Shown piece after piece: positions 1 to 18,883 of a stretch of DNA of 64,000 nt (the first letter of the stretch is position 1; the number at the start of each line of letters is the position of its first letter). The stretch is taken from positions 186,001 through 250,000 of the forward strand of contig NIVC01001061.1 of NCBI GenBank assembly GCA_002269645.1, read 5' to 3'. The stretch is from Macrostomum lignano (taxonomy: Eukaryota). A program made the translations under genes and the position numbers. Under the pieces are notes generated by a model. That model was not told the origin of the DNA, searched no databases, and saw only the letters and a program-made list of their open reading frames with translations.

Positions 1-3000
1 TGCGCAGGTTCGGGCATTGAATGCCTGCAATGCGGGGATGGTCGCATTCTCATTTTGTAATGTGTCCTGTGTCCTGTGTCCTGTGTCCTGTATACTGTGT
101 TCTGTGTCCTGTGTCCTGTGTCCTGTGTCCTGTGTCCTGTATACTGTGTTCTGTGTCCTGTGTCCTGTGTCCTGTGTCCTGTGTCCTGTATACTGTGTTC
201 TGTGTCCTGTGTCCTGTGTCCTGTATTCTGTGTCCTGTGTCCTGAGTCCTGTATTCTGTGTTCTGTGTCCTGTGTCCTGTATCCTGTGTCCTGTGTCCTG
301 AGTCCTGTGTCCTGTGTCCTGAGTCCTGTGTCCTGTGTCCTGTGTCCTGAGTCCTGTGTCCTGTGTCCTGTGTCCTGTGTCCTGTGTCCTGTGTCCTGTG
401 TCCTGTGTCCTGTGTCTTTTGTCCTGTATCCTGTGTCCAGTGTCCTGTGTCCTGTGTCTTGTGTCCTGTGTCCTGTGTCCTGTGTCCTGTGTCCTGTGTC
501 CTGTTTCCTGTTTCCTGTGTCCTGTGTCCTGTATCCTGTGTCTTGTGTCCTGTGTCCTGTATCCTGTGTCCTGTTTCCTGTTTCCTGTTTCCTGTTTCCT
601 GTTTCCTGTTTCCTGTGTCCTGTGTTCTGTGTCCTGTGTCCTGTCCTGTGTCCTGTGTCCTGTGTCCTGTGTCCTGTGTCCTGTGTCTTTTGTCCTGTAT
701 CCTGTGTCCAGTGTCCTGTGTCCTGTATTCTGTGTCCTGTGTCCTGTTTCCTGTGTCCTGTGTCCTGCGTTCTATATCCTGTGTTCTGTGTCCTGTGTCC
801 TGTTTCCTGTGTCCTGTGTCCTGTTTCCTGTGTCCTGTGTCCTGTGTCCTGCGTTCTGTATCCTGTGTCCTGTGTCCTGTTTCCTGTGTCCTGTGTCCTG
901 TGTCCTGCGTCCTGTGTCCTGTGTCCTGTGTCCTGTGTCCTGTGTCCTGTATTCTGTGACCTGTGTCATGTGTCCTGTATTCTGTGTCCTGTGTCCTGTG
1001 TCCTGCATCCTGTGTCCTGTGTCCTGTATTCTGTGTCCTGTGTCCTGTGTCCTGTGTCCTGTTTCCTGTATTCTGTGTAATGTAGTTTGTGTCCTGTGCC
1101 TGATGATTAGCAAGAGTAGACAGGCGGCCCCTTCATACATGACAAGCTTGCTGCCTTTTATTAAAGGGCAATTGAGCAGCCTTGAGGATAAAGGGAAAAC
1201 AGTACAGCAACCGTAAAGATCCCTTTGCCAGCTCACTTTTGCACTCGGGCACGCTGCCACTCCAGCGTCCGTCGGCATTGCAGGTGCGGACTTGGCCTGT
1301 AATAAAGATGTGGAAAATTTTTCGAATCACACTACTGATTGTTGACAATAGTAGCATGCTGAGAAAATAGTTAACAGATTTTGTCTGGGTCTTACAGTCG
1401 GAAATTTTTTCCGTCTCAGAGCGGCAGGTGAGCCGGTAGCCTTCGAAGCAGAAATATGACACCTTCTGCTGGTAGGTGTAGTTCCAGTTCAGGTGCTTCC
1501 CGTTGGCTGGGTCGCCAGGGTGGCCGCAGCTCACCACTGCGGGCGCCGAAGAGGGAGAGAACGGATGAAGGGGAGATGGGTGAGAGAGGGAGAGAGTGGA
1601 TGAAGGGGAGATGGGTGAGAGAGGGAGAGAGTGGATGAAGGGGAGATGGGTGAGAGAGGGAGAGAACGGATGAAGGGGAGATGGGTGAGAGAGGGAGAGA
1701 ACGGATGAAGGGGATGGGTGAGAGAGGGAGAGAGCAGATGAGCATACAATATGCCTCACCTGAGCACACAATATGCCTCGCCTGAGCACACAATATGCCT
1801 CACCTGAGCACACAATATGCCTCACCTGAGCACACAATATGCCTCACCTGAGCACACAATATGCCTCACCTGAGCACACAATATAGCTCACCTGAGCACA
1901 CAATATGCCTCACATGAGCACACAATATGCCTCACCTGAGCACACAATATCCCTCATATTCCACTGGCCGCGGGTGCAGATGGCAGAGACGGTCAGGTCG
2001 GGCCGGTCAGACCGATAGCCAGGCGCGCAGGCGTACACGAACTGGTCCCCCGATGCGTACTCGGGCGCCTCAGGCGGGGCTCGAACCACCACCGTGTTCG
2101 GTATGCGGGCAGGCGGACTGCACTTCTCTGATTCGTTGGTCGATTTGGCAGTTTTGGCAGTGAGAACTGTGAGCATCCCCTCCGCCTTCTTCCCCACCCC
2201 ATGAGAATCCCCTCCGCCCTCTTCCCATTCTATGAGAATCCCCTCCGCCCTCTTCCCCATTCTATGAGAATCCCATCCGCCTTCTTCCCCACCCCATGAG
2301 AATCCCCATCTCTCCACGTGAGGAATCGCCCCCTCACTCACCCTCGCGGGAGCAGCGGGGCATCGGGTGGCTCCACTTCAGGTTGCCCTGGCACACAATC
2401 GTGTCAGTGGAGCCCTCCAACGAGAAAGGCGGCCTGCACGATACCTGAATCACCTGGCCGACGGAGTTCTCGTTGAGATAGGCTGGACCCTTTTCAATTT
2501 TGTATCCGTTTACAACTTCGGGAAGAGGGGAACAGTCAGCGTCTGCGGCGGAAGGAAGTTTGAAATATCTTTAAAATCTCAAAAATAATAAATTTTGCCT
2601 TCACACAGTCACTCTATTCACACAAATCACTCTATTCACAGAAACTCCATTCACAAACTCAATCCATTCACAGAAACTCCATTCACACAGTTCACTACAT
2701 TCACTCAGTCCCTCTATTCACAAATCGTTTCATTCACACAGTCACTCTTTTCACGCAGTCACGCCATTCACGCAGTCAATATACACACAAATCACTCAGT
2801 TCAAACTATCACTATTCACTAATCACTCCATTCACACAAGTCACTCTATTCACGCAGTCGCTGCATTCACACAGTGTGACGTACTGTAGCGGACGCACAC
2901 GGCGCCGCAGAGCGATCTGTCGCAGGCGCAGCGGATGCCCGACTCGCCGCAGTCCGCATCGACCCGGCAGGAGCGCCGCGGGCATCCGCTGACCTGGCTG

Positions 3001-3830
3001 TGGGGCTTCGGCGGCGGGCATTGCTGAGCTGACTGGGCCGCGTCCGCCTGCAGCTCGGCTGTGTGAACAGGCAGCGTGTTGTGAGCATTATGAGCGTAAC
3101 TGTGAATTAGAAGTATTCTGTGTGAATGAGAAGTGCTCTGTGTGAATGAGAAGTGCTCTGTGTGAATTAGAAGTATTCTGTGTGAATGAGAAGTATTCTG
3201 TGTGAATGAGAAGTATTATGTGTGAATGAGAAGTATTATGTGTGAATGAGAAGTATTCTGTGTGAATGAGAAGTATTCTGTGTGAATGAGAAGTATTCTG
3301 TGTGAATGAGAAGTATTCTGTGTGAATGAGAAGTATTCTGTGTGAATGAGAAGTATTCTGTGTGAATGAGAAGTATTCTGTGTGAATGAGAAGTATTCTG
3401 TGTGAATGAGAAGTATTCTGTGTGAATGAGAAGTATTCTGTGTGAATGAGAAGTATTCTGTGTGAATGAGAAGTATTCTGTGTGAATGAGAAGTATTCTG
3501 TGTGAATGAGAAGTATTCTGTGTGAATGAGAAGTATTCTGTGTGAATGAGAAGTATTCTGTGTGAATGAGAAGTATTCTGTGTGAATGAGAAGTATTCTG
3601 TGTGAATGAGAAGCATTCAGTGTGAATGAGAAGTATTCTGTGTGAATGAGATGCATTCTGTGTGAATGAGAAGTATTCTATGTGAATGGAAAACTAATGA
3701 GCGAGAACTTGCTGCATAGTTGGGAAACAATGGACGGCTTCGGACATTAACGTTCGCAGCATGGTGGGCCACTCACAGTTTCGGTAGAAGTCAATGGAAT
3801 TCTGGATGGACACAGCGGTTGCCAGGCCAC
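1..3830 (-). CDS. lev-9: WAP + sushi/CCP-repeat secreted protein, LEV-9-like (3'-partial, continues off the left edge)
   Basis: Phase-compatible GT-AG exons on the minus strand: 3777-3830 (tentative, GLATAVSIQNSIDFYRN), 2885-3058 (WAP-like CPPPKPHSQVSGCPRRSCRVDADCGESGIRCACDRSLCGAVC), 2342-2542 (CCP CSPLPEVVNG..VSCRPPFSLEG..IVCQGNLKWSHPMPRC), 1936-2166 (CCP), 1396-1536 + 1237-1296 (CCP CGHPGDPANG..FCFEGYRL..RTCNADGRWSGSVPEC), 1-24 (SIQCPNLR, next CCP). A possible first exon lies at 5359-5398. WAP followed by CCP repeats is the known C. elegans LEV-9 architecture; orthology is inferred from architecture only. Confidence 0.8.
62..1078. repeat. 7-bp minisatellite (TGTCCTG)n, intronic
   Basis: Directly visible; lies in the intron between LEV-9-like exons 1237-1296 and 1-24. 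Confidence 0.97.
1550..1740. repeat. ~35-bp purine-rich tandem repeat
   Basis: GAGAGGGAGAGA(A/G)(C/T)GGATGAAGGGGAGATGGGTGA repeated about 5 times, next to the acceptor at 1537-1538. Confidence 0.85.
1743..1950. repeat. 22-bp tandem repeat containing the exon/intron junction
   Basis: ATATGCCTCACCTGAGCACACA x9; the reverse complement is TGTGTGCTCAG|GTGAGGCATAT. Confidence 0.93.
2600..2875. repeat. Degenerate ATTCACAC-containing tandem repeat
   Basis: Recurring CACTC(T/C)ATTCAC(A/G)CA motif. Confidence 0.7.
3100..3687. repeat. 20-bp tandem repeat (TGTGAATGAGAAGTATTCTG)n
   Basis: About 29 near-identical units, directly visible. Confidence 0.97.
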
Positions 3831-4491
3831 CTGCAATGTAGAAGTCCGTGTTATTTTACCCATTTATAGCTCAAACGAGGCGGGCTAACCACTGCCACTC
3901 ACCCAGGCAGGCCAACTGCAGGCACAGCGGAAGCAACTTCTGCAACATTCCACCTGAAAGAAACTTTTCAAAGTTTCACTGTTCAGCCTTCAAAGTGTTG
4001 AAGAGAGGCTTTGAAAAAGAGGGCTGTGGCAACAGCGAGAGTTTGCTGGTGGCAGCTGCAGATGAAGCTGCATGGGGGGGAGGGGCTGCCACAACTCCCC
4101 TCTGAAGGAGGCTGGATTGGCTGCCCCTGGCCAGGGAGATGTAGAAAAAGTTGGGATCTCGGGAAGCCTTTCTGAGTCATCTTGTCCTGCGGGACACGTG
4201 ACATGGGAGAATTGCCCAGCTCCTCTAATCCCTTAGGCGGCCAGGGAAGCTCAGTAGGAGGCCTTCAGAGGAGAGAATGAATTCCTAGCATTGGTATAGC
4301 CTGATGCCCCGGGACTGATGCGGCATCTCCTGCTGTCAACTTGAGGAACACAGAGCCCGTCACGGAGATAAGGAGGCTTACAAAGTAGACTGAACCTTGG
4401 AGGAGGGAAGGGCGAGTTTTTGTGCTGCTTTTCTTTCTTATTCATCGATCGCCACTCACTTGATATCCCATCTCTGAGCGAATCGATTTCT

Positions 4492-5350
4492 GACAGGCTG
4501 TGTCTCTGTCTAACAGGCTGTGTCTCTGTCTAACAGGCTGTGTCTCTGTCTAACAGGCTGTGTCTCTGTCTAACAGGCTGTGTCTCTGTCTAACAGGCTG
4601 TGTCTCTATCTAACAGGCTGTGTCTGTGTCTAACAGGCTGTGTCTCTGTCTAACAGGCTGTGTCTCTGTCTAACAGGCTGTGTCTGTGTCTAACAGGCTG
4701 TGTCTCTGTCTAACAGGCTGTGTCTGTGTCTAACAGGCTGTGTCTCTGTCTAACAGGCTGTGTCTCTATCTAACAGGCTGTATCTCTGTCTAACAGGCTG
4801 TGTCTGTGTGTAACAGGCTGTGTCTCTGTCTAACAGGCTGTGTCTCTATCTAACAGGCTGTATCTCTGTCTAACAGGCTGTGTCTCTGTCTAACAGGCTG
4901 TATCTCTGTCTAACAGGCTGTGTCTGTGTCTAACAGGCTGTTTCTTTATCTAACAGGCTGTATATTTATCTAACAGGCTGTGTCTCTGTCTAACAGGCTG
5001 TGTCTGTGTCTAACAGGCTGTGTCTTTATCTAACAGGCTCTATTTTTATCTAACAAGCTGTGTCATGTCTAACAGGCTGTGTCTGTGTCTAACAGGCTGT
5101 GTCTCTGTCTAACAGGCTGTGTCTCTGTCTAACAGGCTGTGTCTTTATCTAACAGACTGTGTCTTTATCTAACAGGCTGTGTCTTTATCTAACAGGCTGT
5201 GTCTGTGTCTAACAGGCTGTGTCTTTATCTAACAGGCTGTATCTCTGTCTAACAGGCTGTGTCTCTGTCTAACAGGCTGTGTCTCTGTCAGGCTGTGTCT
5301 CTATCTAACAGGCTGTGTCTCTATCTAACAGGCTGTGTCTCTATCTAACA
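4492..5350. repeat. 20-bp tandem repeat (TAACAGGCTGTGTCTCTGTC)n
   Basis: About 42 units, directly visible. Confidence 0.97.
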
Positions 5351-6096
5351 GTCAATACCTACGCCCGCACAGCAGCATCCGAGCCCCAATTTAGACATGA
5401 ATATTTCAGCCGGAGTGAACACGTGCTTTTCCGGGTGCAGTTGCAAACGCATGCGCGCCCCAGCGCAAACTGTAGGCATGCAGTGCATTCGGGCTGTACT
5501 TGATCATTCGCAGCTGTTCCAGCAGGGCCAAGAGGCCTCTGCAGATCATGACCGAAGCAAAAATTTCATGCAGTAGAAAAAAACACAGCCACTGTTTCTG
5601 GGAATAACAGTTTATCCCATTCTCCTGTCTTGGGATAATCCGTGTTTAAATCCCCCTCCCCCCCAAGCCCTGCCCTTCCCAGGGAGCCTGGGACCGCCTT
5701 CAGTCAACAGTTTTGCCTGCTTGCAAAAGGATAAACAAAAAGAGGCTGCTAGAAGAAAAAGACTGAGGGTAGGGGAGCGAGAGAAGGAAGCGGGAGAGAG
5801 CGCGTGTCTTGAACAGGTTGTAATGAAGAACGGACTGGAGACTGCGTGAGCGCCTTGATGAAGGAGACTGGCTTATCAAATTGCGCCTACCTCACGGCTT
5901 GCCGCAGCCTCCCCTGGCAAGTTTTGCAAGTCCCTGCAGGGGCTCGTCAGGAATTGGACGGTCACTTAGGGGAGCGCATGATGGAGAAGGATGGCTGCTG
6001 GGTCTCTATATAAGTACTGGACTAACTTGGCGATTTCTGGCCTCACTGAGGCTTCACTGCTGACTTGCAGACTTTAATTTGCAACTAGTGGGGACA

Positions 6097-6492
<396 letters not shown>

Positions 6493-6851
6493 CAGGCACT
6501 CAGGCAGACTAAATAGCACAAAGAAGAAAGGAGAGCAGAGCAGGTGTGAAGTCCACAAAGTCGCTAAGCATGGGCAACACTCAACTATTCAACCCAACCC
6601 GCCTCTCTTAGAAAGTTGAGCTGGCTTCACCTTCCATCTCCATTTGCTGTTCAAAGTATTGTTTGTCAGGCCTGCAAACTCAGATCCCCTGAGACACGTG
6701 AGGCTGCGGCATCTTAGCTGCAGGGTTTCCCGCGGGTTTCTCTTCTGCTTCCACAATGCAAAGCTGGGCCTGAATAATGAATAATGCATATCTGGGGCGC
6801 CGCAGGACACCTGCCAGGAAATTTGGGAACTCAGGCCCTGAATTGCCTGTA

Positions 6852-7921
<1,070 letters not shown>

Positions 7922-8280
7922 TGCAGTGTACTACATACGCCAAATTAAGCCCTTGCCCAGGGTCATATGCTTTCTTCCCTTAATTAGGCAACTGATAAAG
8001 TCCAGCTGCTTTTGCAGCGCCTGATGAAGCGACTCGTTTGCATAATTAAATCTGTTAACTACTGACTGAACACTTGCTATCGATTGTTAACAGAGGTATC
8101 TGGGGAATTCAAGTCATCAGGATTGATCGGGCCTTAGCAACTAAACTCTACTTCCCTCAGTCTTTTCAAACTGAATCAACGGTAAATTGTCTGAATACTT
8201 AATTAAAGTCGTTACTAACAGACACTTTCTGGTCGAATTTGCTCCCGTTTCTACTAAGAAATCGATCGATTTTCTTGTTA

Positions 8281-8552
8281 CAGGACGTAAAACTGAATGA
8301 TCGTGTAACTTTTGGAGGTCCAATTCCTGGAAATAATACACGGCAGGAAAGGAACAAAAAGTGAAGTTAATGTCACTTGTGAGTGTTTGAAATTTAGTGG
8401 CTTATGAAATAACAAAAGAATATGGAAATGAAACTTTCACTACGAGTACTATATAAAGTACAACAGAGTAACAGAAATGGTAATCTTCACTTCCTCAGAT
8501 CTCTGCAGTGAATTTTTTCAGGAAATGGGCCCTAAAAAATTTTTACGTCCTT
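8281..8552. mobile_element. MITE-like element (same family as 48065-48408)
   Basis: The left end CAGGACGTAAAA..TTTTTGGAGGTCCAATTCCTGGAAATAATACAC is imperfectly inverted to the right end GTGAATTTTTTCAGGAAATGGGCCCTAAAAAATTTTTACGTCCTT. The same terminal motif occurs at 48065. Confidence 0.6.
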
Positions 8553-8571
8553 TTGTACTACCGTGGGATTA

Positions 8572-8660
8572 GAGTCGGCGGTATGAGCATTAATGCCTCT
8601 CGCCGGTTGTGTGACAATGTCGCTTAAACCCTGGCGCCAGGGTGCACACCCCGGCCCCTC
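8572..8660 (+). mobile_element. 3' fragment of the tRNA-derived SINE
   Basis: GAGTCGGCGG..TAATGCCTCTCGCCGGTTGTGTG..ATGTCGCTTAAA..GCGCCAGGGTGCACAC matches 32376-32460. Confidence 0.85.
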
Positions 8661-8814
8661 ATGTCTCTAACTAAAAAACTAAACTTGTGAAGAGTTCAAC
8701 TACGCCGCATCATATGCGACAGTTTCATAGGCTAAGTGGATTTCTAAAGTCCATAGAAGCTGCTTTAGCAAAGGATTTTATTCTGCTCCAGATGCAAATT
8801 CTGCAACTCTGCGT

Positions 8815-9405
8815 GTGGCTGCTCTGGTCCCTGCGGTGCTGTCCGAGTCCTGCAGCTCCGCCAGGCTGAAATTCCACCGAACCACCGGACTGGACTGCGT
8901 GAGCTCCGACTTCACCAGCACCGTGTCCGGTCTGTGCACTCCGCTCGAATGCAGCTACGTCTGCGCTAGGAATGACAAGTGTCAGGCCTTCTCAGTGCTG
9001 ACAGCTGGCGCCTGTCAGTGCAAGCTGTTCCTGTTCGATGCGTGCAGTCACCGTGTGCAGTCTGTGCCGAGCTGCACTCACCAGGTGACTGTGTATGTGA
9101 GGTCTCTGCCCGGCGTACCTCCGGGTCGACTGTGTCCGTCCGGATACGAGCACACGAGATACGGCACCTCGTACAAGGTGGTCACGAATGAGTCAGTCAG
9201 CTGGAGTTTCGCCCGTCAGAGATGCAGCACAGATGCTGGACTGTCGAAGCTCGCTGACTCACCGCTCATACAGCTACTTTCTCGGCGGTTCCGGCCTACC
9301 ATCCGGCACCCAAGCCAGTTCAAACAAACCGCTGCTTTTAGCGCTTGCCTCGCTGTCATTCGTATGCAATCCACCGAATTGATTAACCCGATGGTGCCAT
9401 GTTGA
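8815..9405 (+). CDS. Cys-rich ORF: PAN/apple-like domain followed by the start of a C-type-lectin domain (possibly partial or pseudogene)
   Basis: PAN-like spacing C..C...CARNDKCQAFSV......C.LF, then CPSGY......SYKVVTNESVSWSFARQRC, typical of a CTLD N-terminus. The rest of the CTLD is not recognisable. A signal-peptide-like ATG at 8792 (MQILQLCVWLLWSL) is in another frame. Confidence 0.5.
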   Translation: MAALVPAVLSESCSSARLKFHRTTGLDCVSSDFTSTVSGLCTPLECSYVCARNDKCQAFSVLTAGACQCKLFLFDACSHRVQSVPSCTHQVTVYVRSLPGVPPGRLCPSGYEHTRYGTSYKVVTNESVSWSFARQRCSTDAGLSKLADSPLIQLLSRRFRPTIRHPSQFKQTAAFSACLAVIRMQSTELINPMVPC

Positions 9406-9630
9406 GCACATGGTCAGCTGTGTCTTGTCAGCTGCTCACAGTGGTAGATGGGAATCAATAAATAAATTCAGTCGCTAACAAGCAGAAAATTCCAGGACTC
9501 AAAAAAGCTTTAAGAGAAAATTTTTAGCGATAGCTCTCACACGTGTCTATTTTAAAAAACTCCCCCACCTGTTCGCACAGAACCTTTGACTGTCAGCGAC
9601 TTTTGAGTGTAGGAGGCAGACAAAGTCGCT

Positions 9631-10530
9631 GGCAGTCAAATGTCCGGCAGTCAAATGTCCGGCAATCAAATGTCCGGCAATCAAATGTCCGGCAGTCAAA
9701 TGTCCGGCAATCAAATGTCCGGCAATCAAATGTCCGGCAGTCAAATGTCCGGCAATCAAATGTCCGGCAATCAAATGTCCGGCAGTCAAATGTCCGGCAA
9801 TCAAATGTCCGGCAATCAAATGTCCGGCAATCAAATGTCCGGCAGTCAAATGTCCGGCAGTCAAACTTCCGGCAGGCAAATGTCCGGCAATCAAATGTCC
9901 GGCAATCAAATGTCCGGCAATCAAATGTCCGGCAGTCAAATGTCCGGCAGTCAAACTTCCGGCAGGCAAATGTCCGGCAATCAAATGTCCGGCAATCAAA
10001 TGTCCGGCAGTCAAATGACCGGCAGTCAAATGTCCGGCAGGCAAATGGCCGGCAGGCAAATGACCGGCAGGCAAATGACCGGCAGTCAAATGTCCGGCAG
10101 TCAAACTTCCGGCAGGCAAATGTCCGGCAATCAAATGTCCGGCAATCAAATGTCCGGCAATCAAATGTCCGGCAGTCAAATGTCCGGCAGTCAAATTTCC
10201 GGCAGGCAAATGTCCGGCAATCAAATGTCCGGCAATCAAATGTCCGGCAGTCAAATGTCCGGCAGTCAAATTTCCGGCAGGCAAATGTCCGGCAATCAAA
10301 TGTCCGGCAATCAAATGTCCGGCAGTCAAATGTCCGGCAGTCAAATGACCGGCAGTCAAATGTCCGGCAATCAAATGTCCGGCAATCAAATGTCCGGCAG
10401 TCAAATGTCCGGCAGTCAAATGACCGGCAGTCAAATGTCCGGCAGGCAAATGACCGGCAGTCAAATGACCGGCAGTCAAATGTCCGGCAGTCAAATGTCC
10501 GGCAGTCAAATGACCGGCAGGCAAATGGCC
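9631..10530. repeat. 15-bp tandem repeat (GGCAGTCAAATGTCC)n
   Basis: About 60 units with AATC/AGTC/AGGC variants; preceded by a hairpin at 9585-9640. Confidence 0.96.
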
Positions 10531-12005
10531 GGTGTTAGGGTTTCTGTTCTCCGGAGTTAAGGATCTCCAGCACGAAAAATTTCACGATTTTACGATCGCC
10601 CGCACGGATATCAGAAACCATGACAGAGATCGCCGCCATGCTAGACTCTCCGGAGTACTAGATCTTATTATCCTAGAAAATAAGAGCTATATTAAACTTC
10701 TCTGACTGTAGAAAGCCCAGCACGTGAGCAGCTTAACTTGCGCAACTTTCTTCGATAAGGTTATCTATCTAGTACATCGTACATTCACATGTAATACATT
10801 CACTTTTACACTGCGGAGATAGGAGCTAAGAACGATCTTATCTTACGATGGCTTTATAGAACGGGCCTAAAATCAATTCGAAGAGGCGTAATCAGGGAAA
10901 AGAGCATACATTTTAGCAACCAAAATGCCTTAGATCCCAGAATTTCGAGCATTTAGGTGATCTAAAGGGTGGCAATTAAGATGCGATAAACCCGGAGTAA
11001 GCAGGTCTACATTGTGACCAGGTGCCTCGGTCGCAACGTTAATCGATTAGAAGGTCTCACTAGACGTCTCAACGGCAAACATCTCAAGAAATGCTTTCTA
11101 CAAGTACATTTTTACTACCATTTACCATTCATGCATCGATGAAAATTGCTAAATAGGTAGAGAAGGCAACTATACACAATGCTCGTAATAAGATTAAAAT
11201 TTCCGACTTAATAAAAACGGAGACATCGGTAACCGGAGATCCTAAACCAAACCTTAGTTTTTGCACATGTATCGGAGATCGGCAAACGGTGCCAGAATCT
11301 CCGGGGGGGACAACAGAATCTGGTTTAGGATCTCCGGTAGGGGAGACCTGGCCATGCCCCGGAGATCCCACAATAGTTATGGATCTCCTATCGCGGAGAC
11401 TCATAACCGTTTGTAGTCTCCGAAGGCGATCCTAAACCCTTTAAGGTCTCCGGTCGGAGATCCCAGCCCGTTTGCAGTCTCCGGATCGGCGACCCAAAAC
11501 TGGCCGGAGCCCCGGAGATTATAAACCGTAACACTGGCAGTAAAAACTCTAGAACCAGTTTACATAATTAAAACCCCGTCACATCAAACGCAAGCATGAG
11601 TGCGGATCAGAAGGATAAGAAGGGGAGATTCGTTAAATGTTTGATTTTATTGTACAGATTTTTCCACAACAATTTGATAAACAAGGTATATTTGATTTCA
11701 TAGGAATGACGCATCCAGAAAATAAAACTTATCAGCTGTTTGCAGTTCAAATTCGATGTTCCAAAATAATGATTCAAGTAACTTGAAAAGAGTGTGCTTT
11801 AGGGAAAAAAACTCGCATTTATCACAGGGAGTAGGTATATGACAGGAAAATAGTTAAGTTCGATTCAAATTTTAGTTAATTAGGTTGATTTTTAATCCTT
11901 TAGTAGTTATAGAAAATTTCAAGAAAAATAAGTAGATTCCATAACACGCCTTCTTTTACCAAAGTGATTGTTGATGAGTAGTATATCTGTCCTCGCTGCC
12001 ACAGT

Positions 12006-16971
<4,966 letters not shown>

Positions 16972-17899
16972 GGTTCACTCTCAAATCAATGACTAGTCAG
17001 CCTTCGATGCGTCAAAGATGCCTGCAGGTCCCGGGAGAAGTGAGCTCACAGATACTGCTCAAATCAAATTGACAGTCTAAATGGGAGAGCGAAAAACGAG
17101 ACTTGCCCCGCCGACAGCTCTTAAGTAGAGAAGACAGGAGACACGGACAGGGGAGGGAAGGGCCTCAGTCTCCCTTTGATTGAGCCAGGGGGTGGGGAAT
17201 CGGTCGCCACGTCAACAAAAGCCCACAGCCCTAGCAACCAGTAGCTACAAACCGAGCCCACTCGAGCACGTCCAGTAGGCAAATTCCCGACCAGGAAAAA
17301 TATCTGAAAAGACAGAACTGCCCATTGGCAGTAACCAAGGGGGTGAGGAGGGGTCGGGGCCCGAGCTGGGAGCGCAGAGCGGAACCGACAGTCATCTATC
17401 AAGGTAAAACAATAGTCCTGTGGGGATGCTGCGGGGATTTGGCTGCTAAGCTGGCCTCGCCCAAAAGCCTGCGCAAGAAGTCAAGCGAAAAGCTCCCAAC
17501 CGATCCCATGCGCTCGCTCTCTGCCCCCTAACGGTTTAGTTGGTTGCTAGGGCCAACAATGGGAACACAACTGAGACACACATTGGGAAGAGAGAGACAG
17601 GCAGAAGACAGAACAAAGCTACAGAGGTAGCTGGGTCCGAGACCAAGTCTCTTTCAATAAAATGCTAATTAATCAAACGGGGAGGCCAGGATTAAATGGC
17701 ACAAAGTGCTTTGTTCAAGCGGCTCAGGGATTGGAGATGAGGGAGATGCCAACATTTCCCGAATGAGAATTCTCGATGGGGATTGAAAAATAGCCACTTT
17801 TCACATTGTGCACCGCGCTGTGCAACCAATGGACTTTTGCTCAGAATGCTTTTCTATTTTTCTCGTATCTATCGTTATTCCACATTTTCTCCTTTCCAT

Positions 17900-18265
17900 T
17901 CTACTTCTCTCCCTCCCAGTCTACTTCTCTCCCTCCCAATCTACTTCTCTCCCTCCCAATCTACTTCTCTCCCTCCCAATCTACTTCCCTCCCTCCCAGT
18001 CTACTTCTCTCCCTCCCAGTCTACTTCTCTCCTTCCCAGTCTACTTCTCTCCCTCCCACTCTACTTCTCTCCCTCCCACTCTACTTCTCTCCCTCCCACT
18101 CTACTTCTCTCCCTCCCAATCTACTTCTCTCCCTCCCAATCTACTTCCCTCCCTCCCAATCTACTTCCCTCCCTCCCAATCTACTTTCCTCCCTCCCAAT
18201 CTACTTTCCTCCCTCCCAATCTACTTCTCTCCCTCCCAATCTACTTCTTTCTCTCCCGATCTACT
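17900..18265. repeat. 20-bp pyrimidine-rich repeat (TCTACTTCTCTCCCTCCCAA)n
   Basis: Directly visible. Confidence 0.93.
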
Positions 18266-18883
18266 TCTTACACTACTCTCCACTTGTGCTATCCTTTTTA
18301 AATCTCATTTTTCTCCCCACCAAGCAGCCGCTTCGCAGACCGAATCCTTCCACTCCAGCCTCTAACAAAGGCGATTAGCAAAGCAATTAAATTTAATTGC
18401 TAATAATTAAATGCAGGCGAATCGGACAAATGAAGCGAGCGGTTTAACTGCAGTGAAAATTTCAATTTAGTTAACAATTTCTGTTAGAAATTTAACAGGT
18501 AACTCTTCAAATTTGTATTTTTAATTTGCTGTAGGAGGCCAGTTTACACGGTAGAGCTATCACAGAAGCAATGGACGGGAAACATCCGTTGGAAACAAAT
18601 TATTTGAATTATCATTCGCTAAAAACTCCTACCGTCTACTTGAATAGGGTTAGACAAGGCATAGACAATAAAAAGATGAAGACAGCAATTGCTTGACTCG
18701 TAACCAAAGCAAAGCCCAACAAACACAGAACAAGCGAGGCGGATAGCGGAGTTCAAAAACCCAAACTGCAACTTGCTTGCTGCAGAAAACAGTTAAAAAG
18801 AGATATTTCAGCCAGTAGCCAGAATTCACTCGACTCTTTTTGCAAAATAGCTCAGTTACTCAAAATTCAATAGCATGGGGCAT

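Noticed and set aside
1211-1219. CCGTAAAGA resembling the start of a flatworm spliced leader as I recall it
   Set aside because: Only a 9-nt match, with no downstream leader, donor or Sm site.
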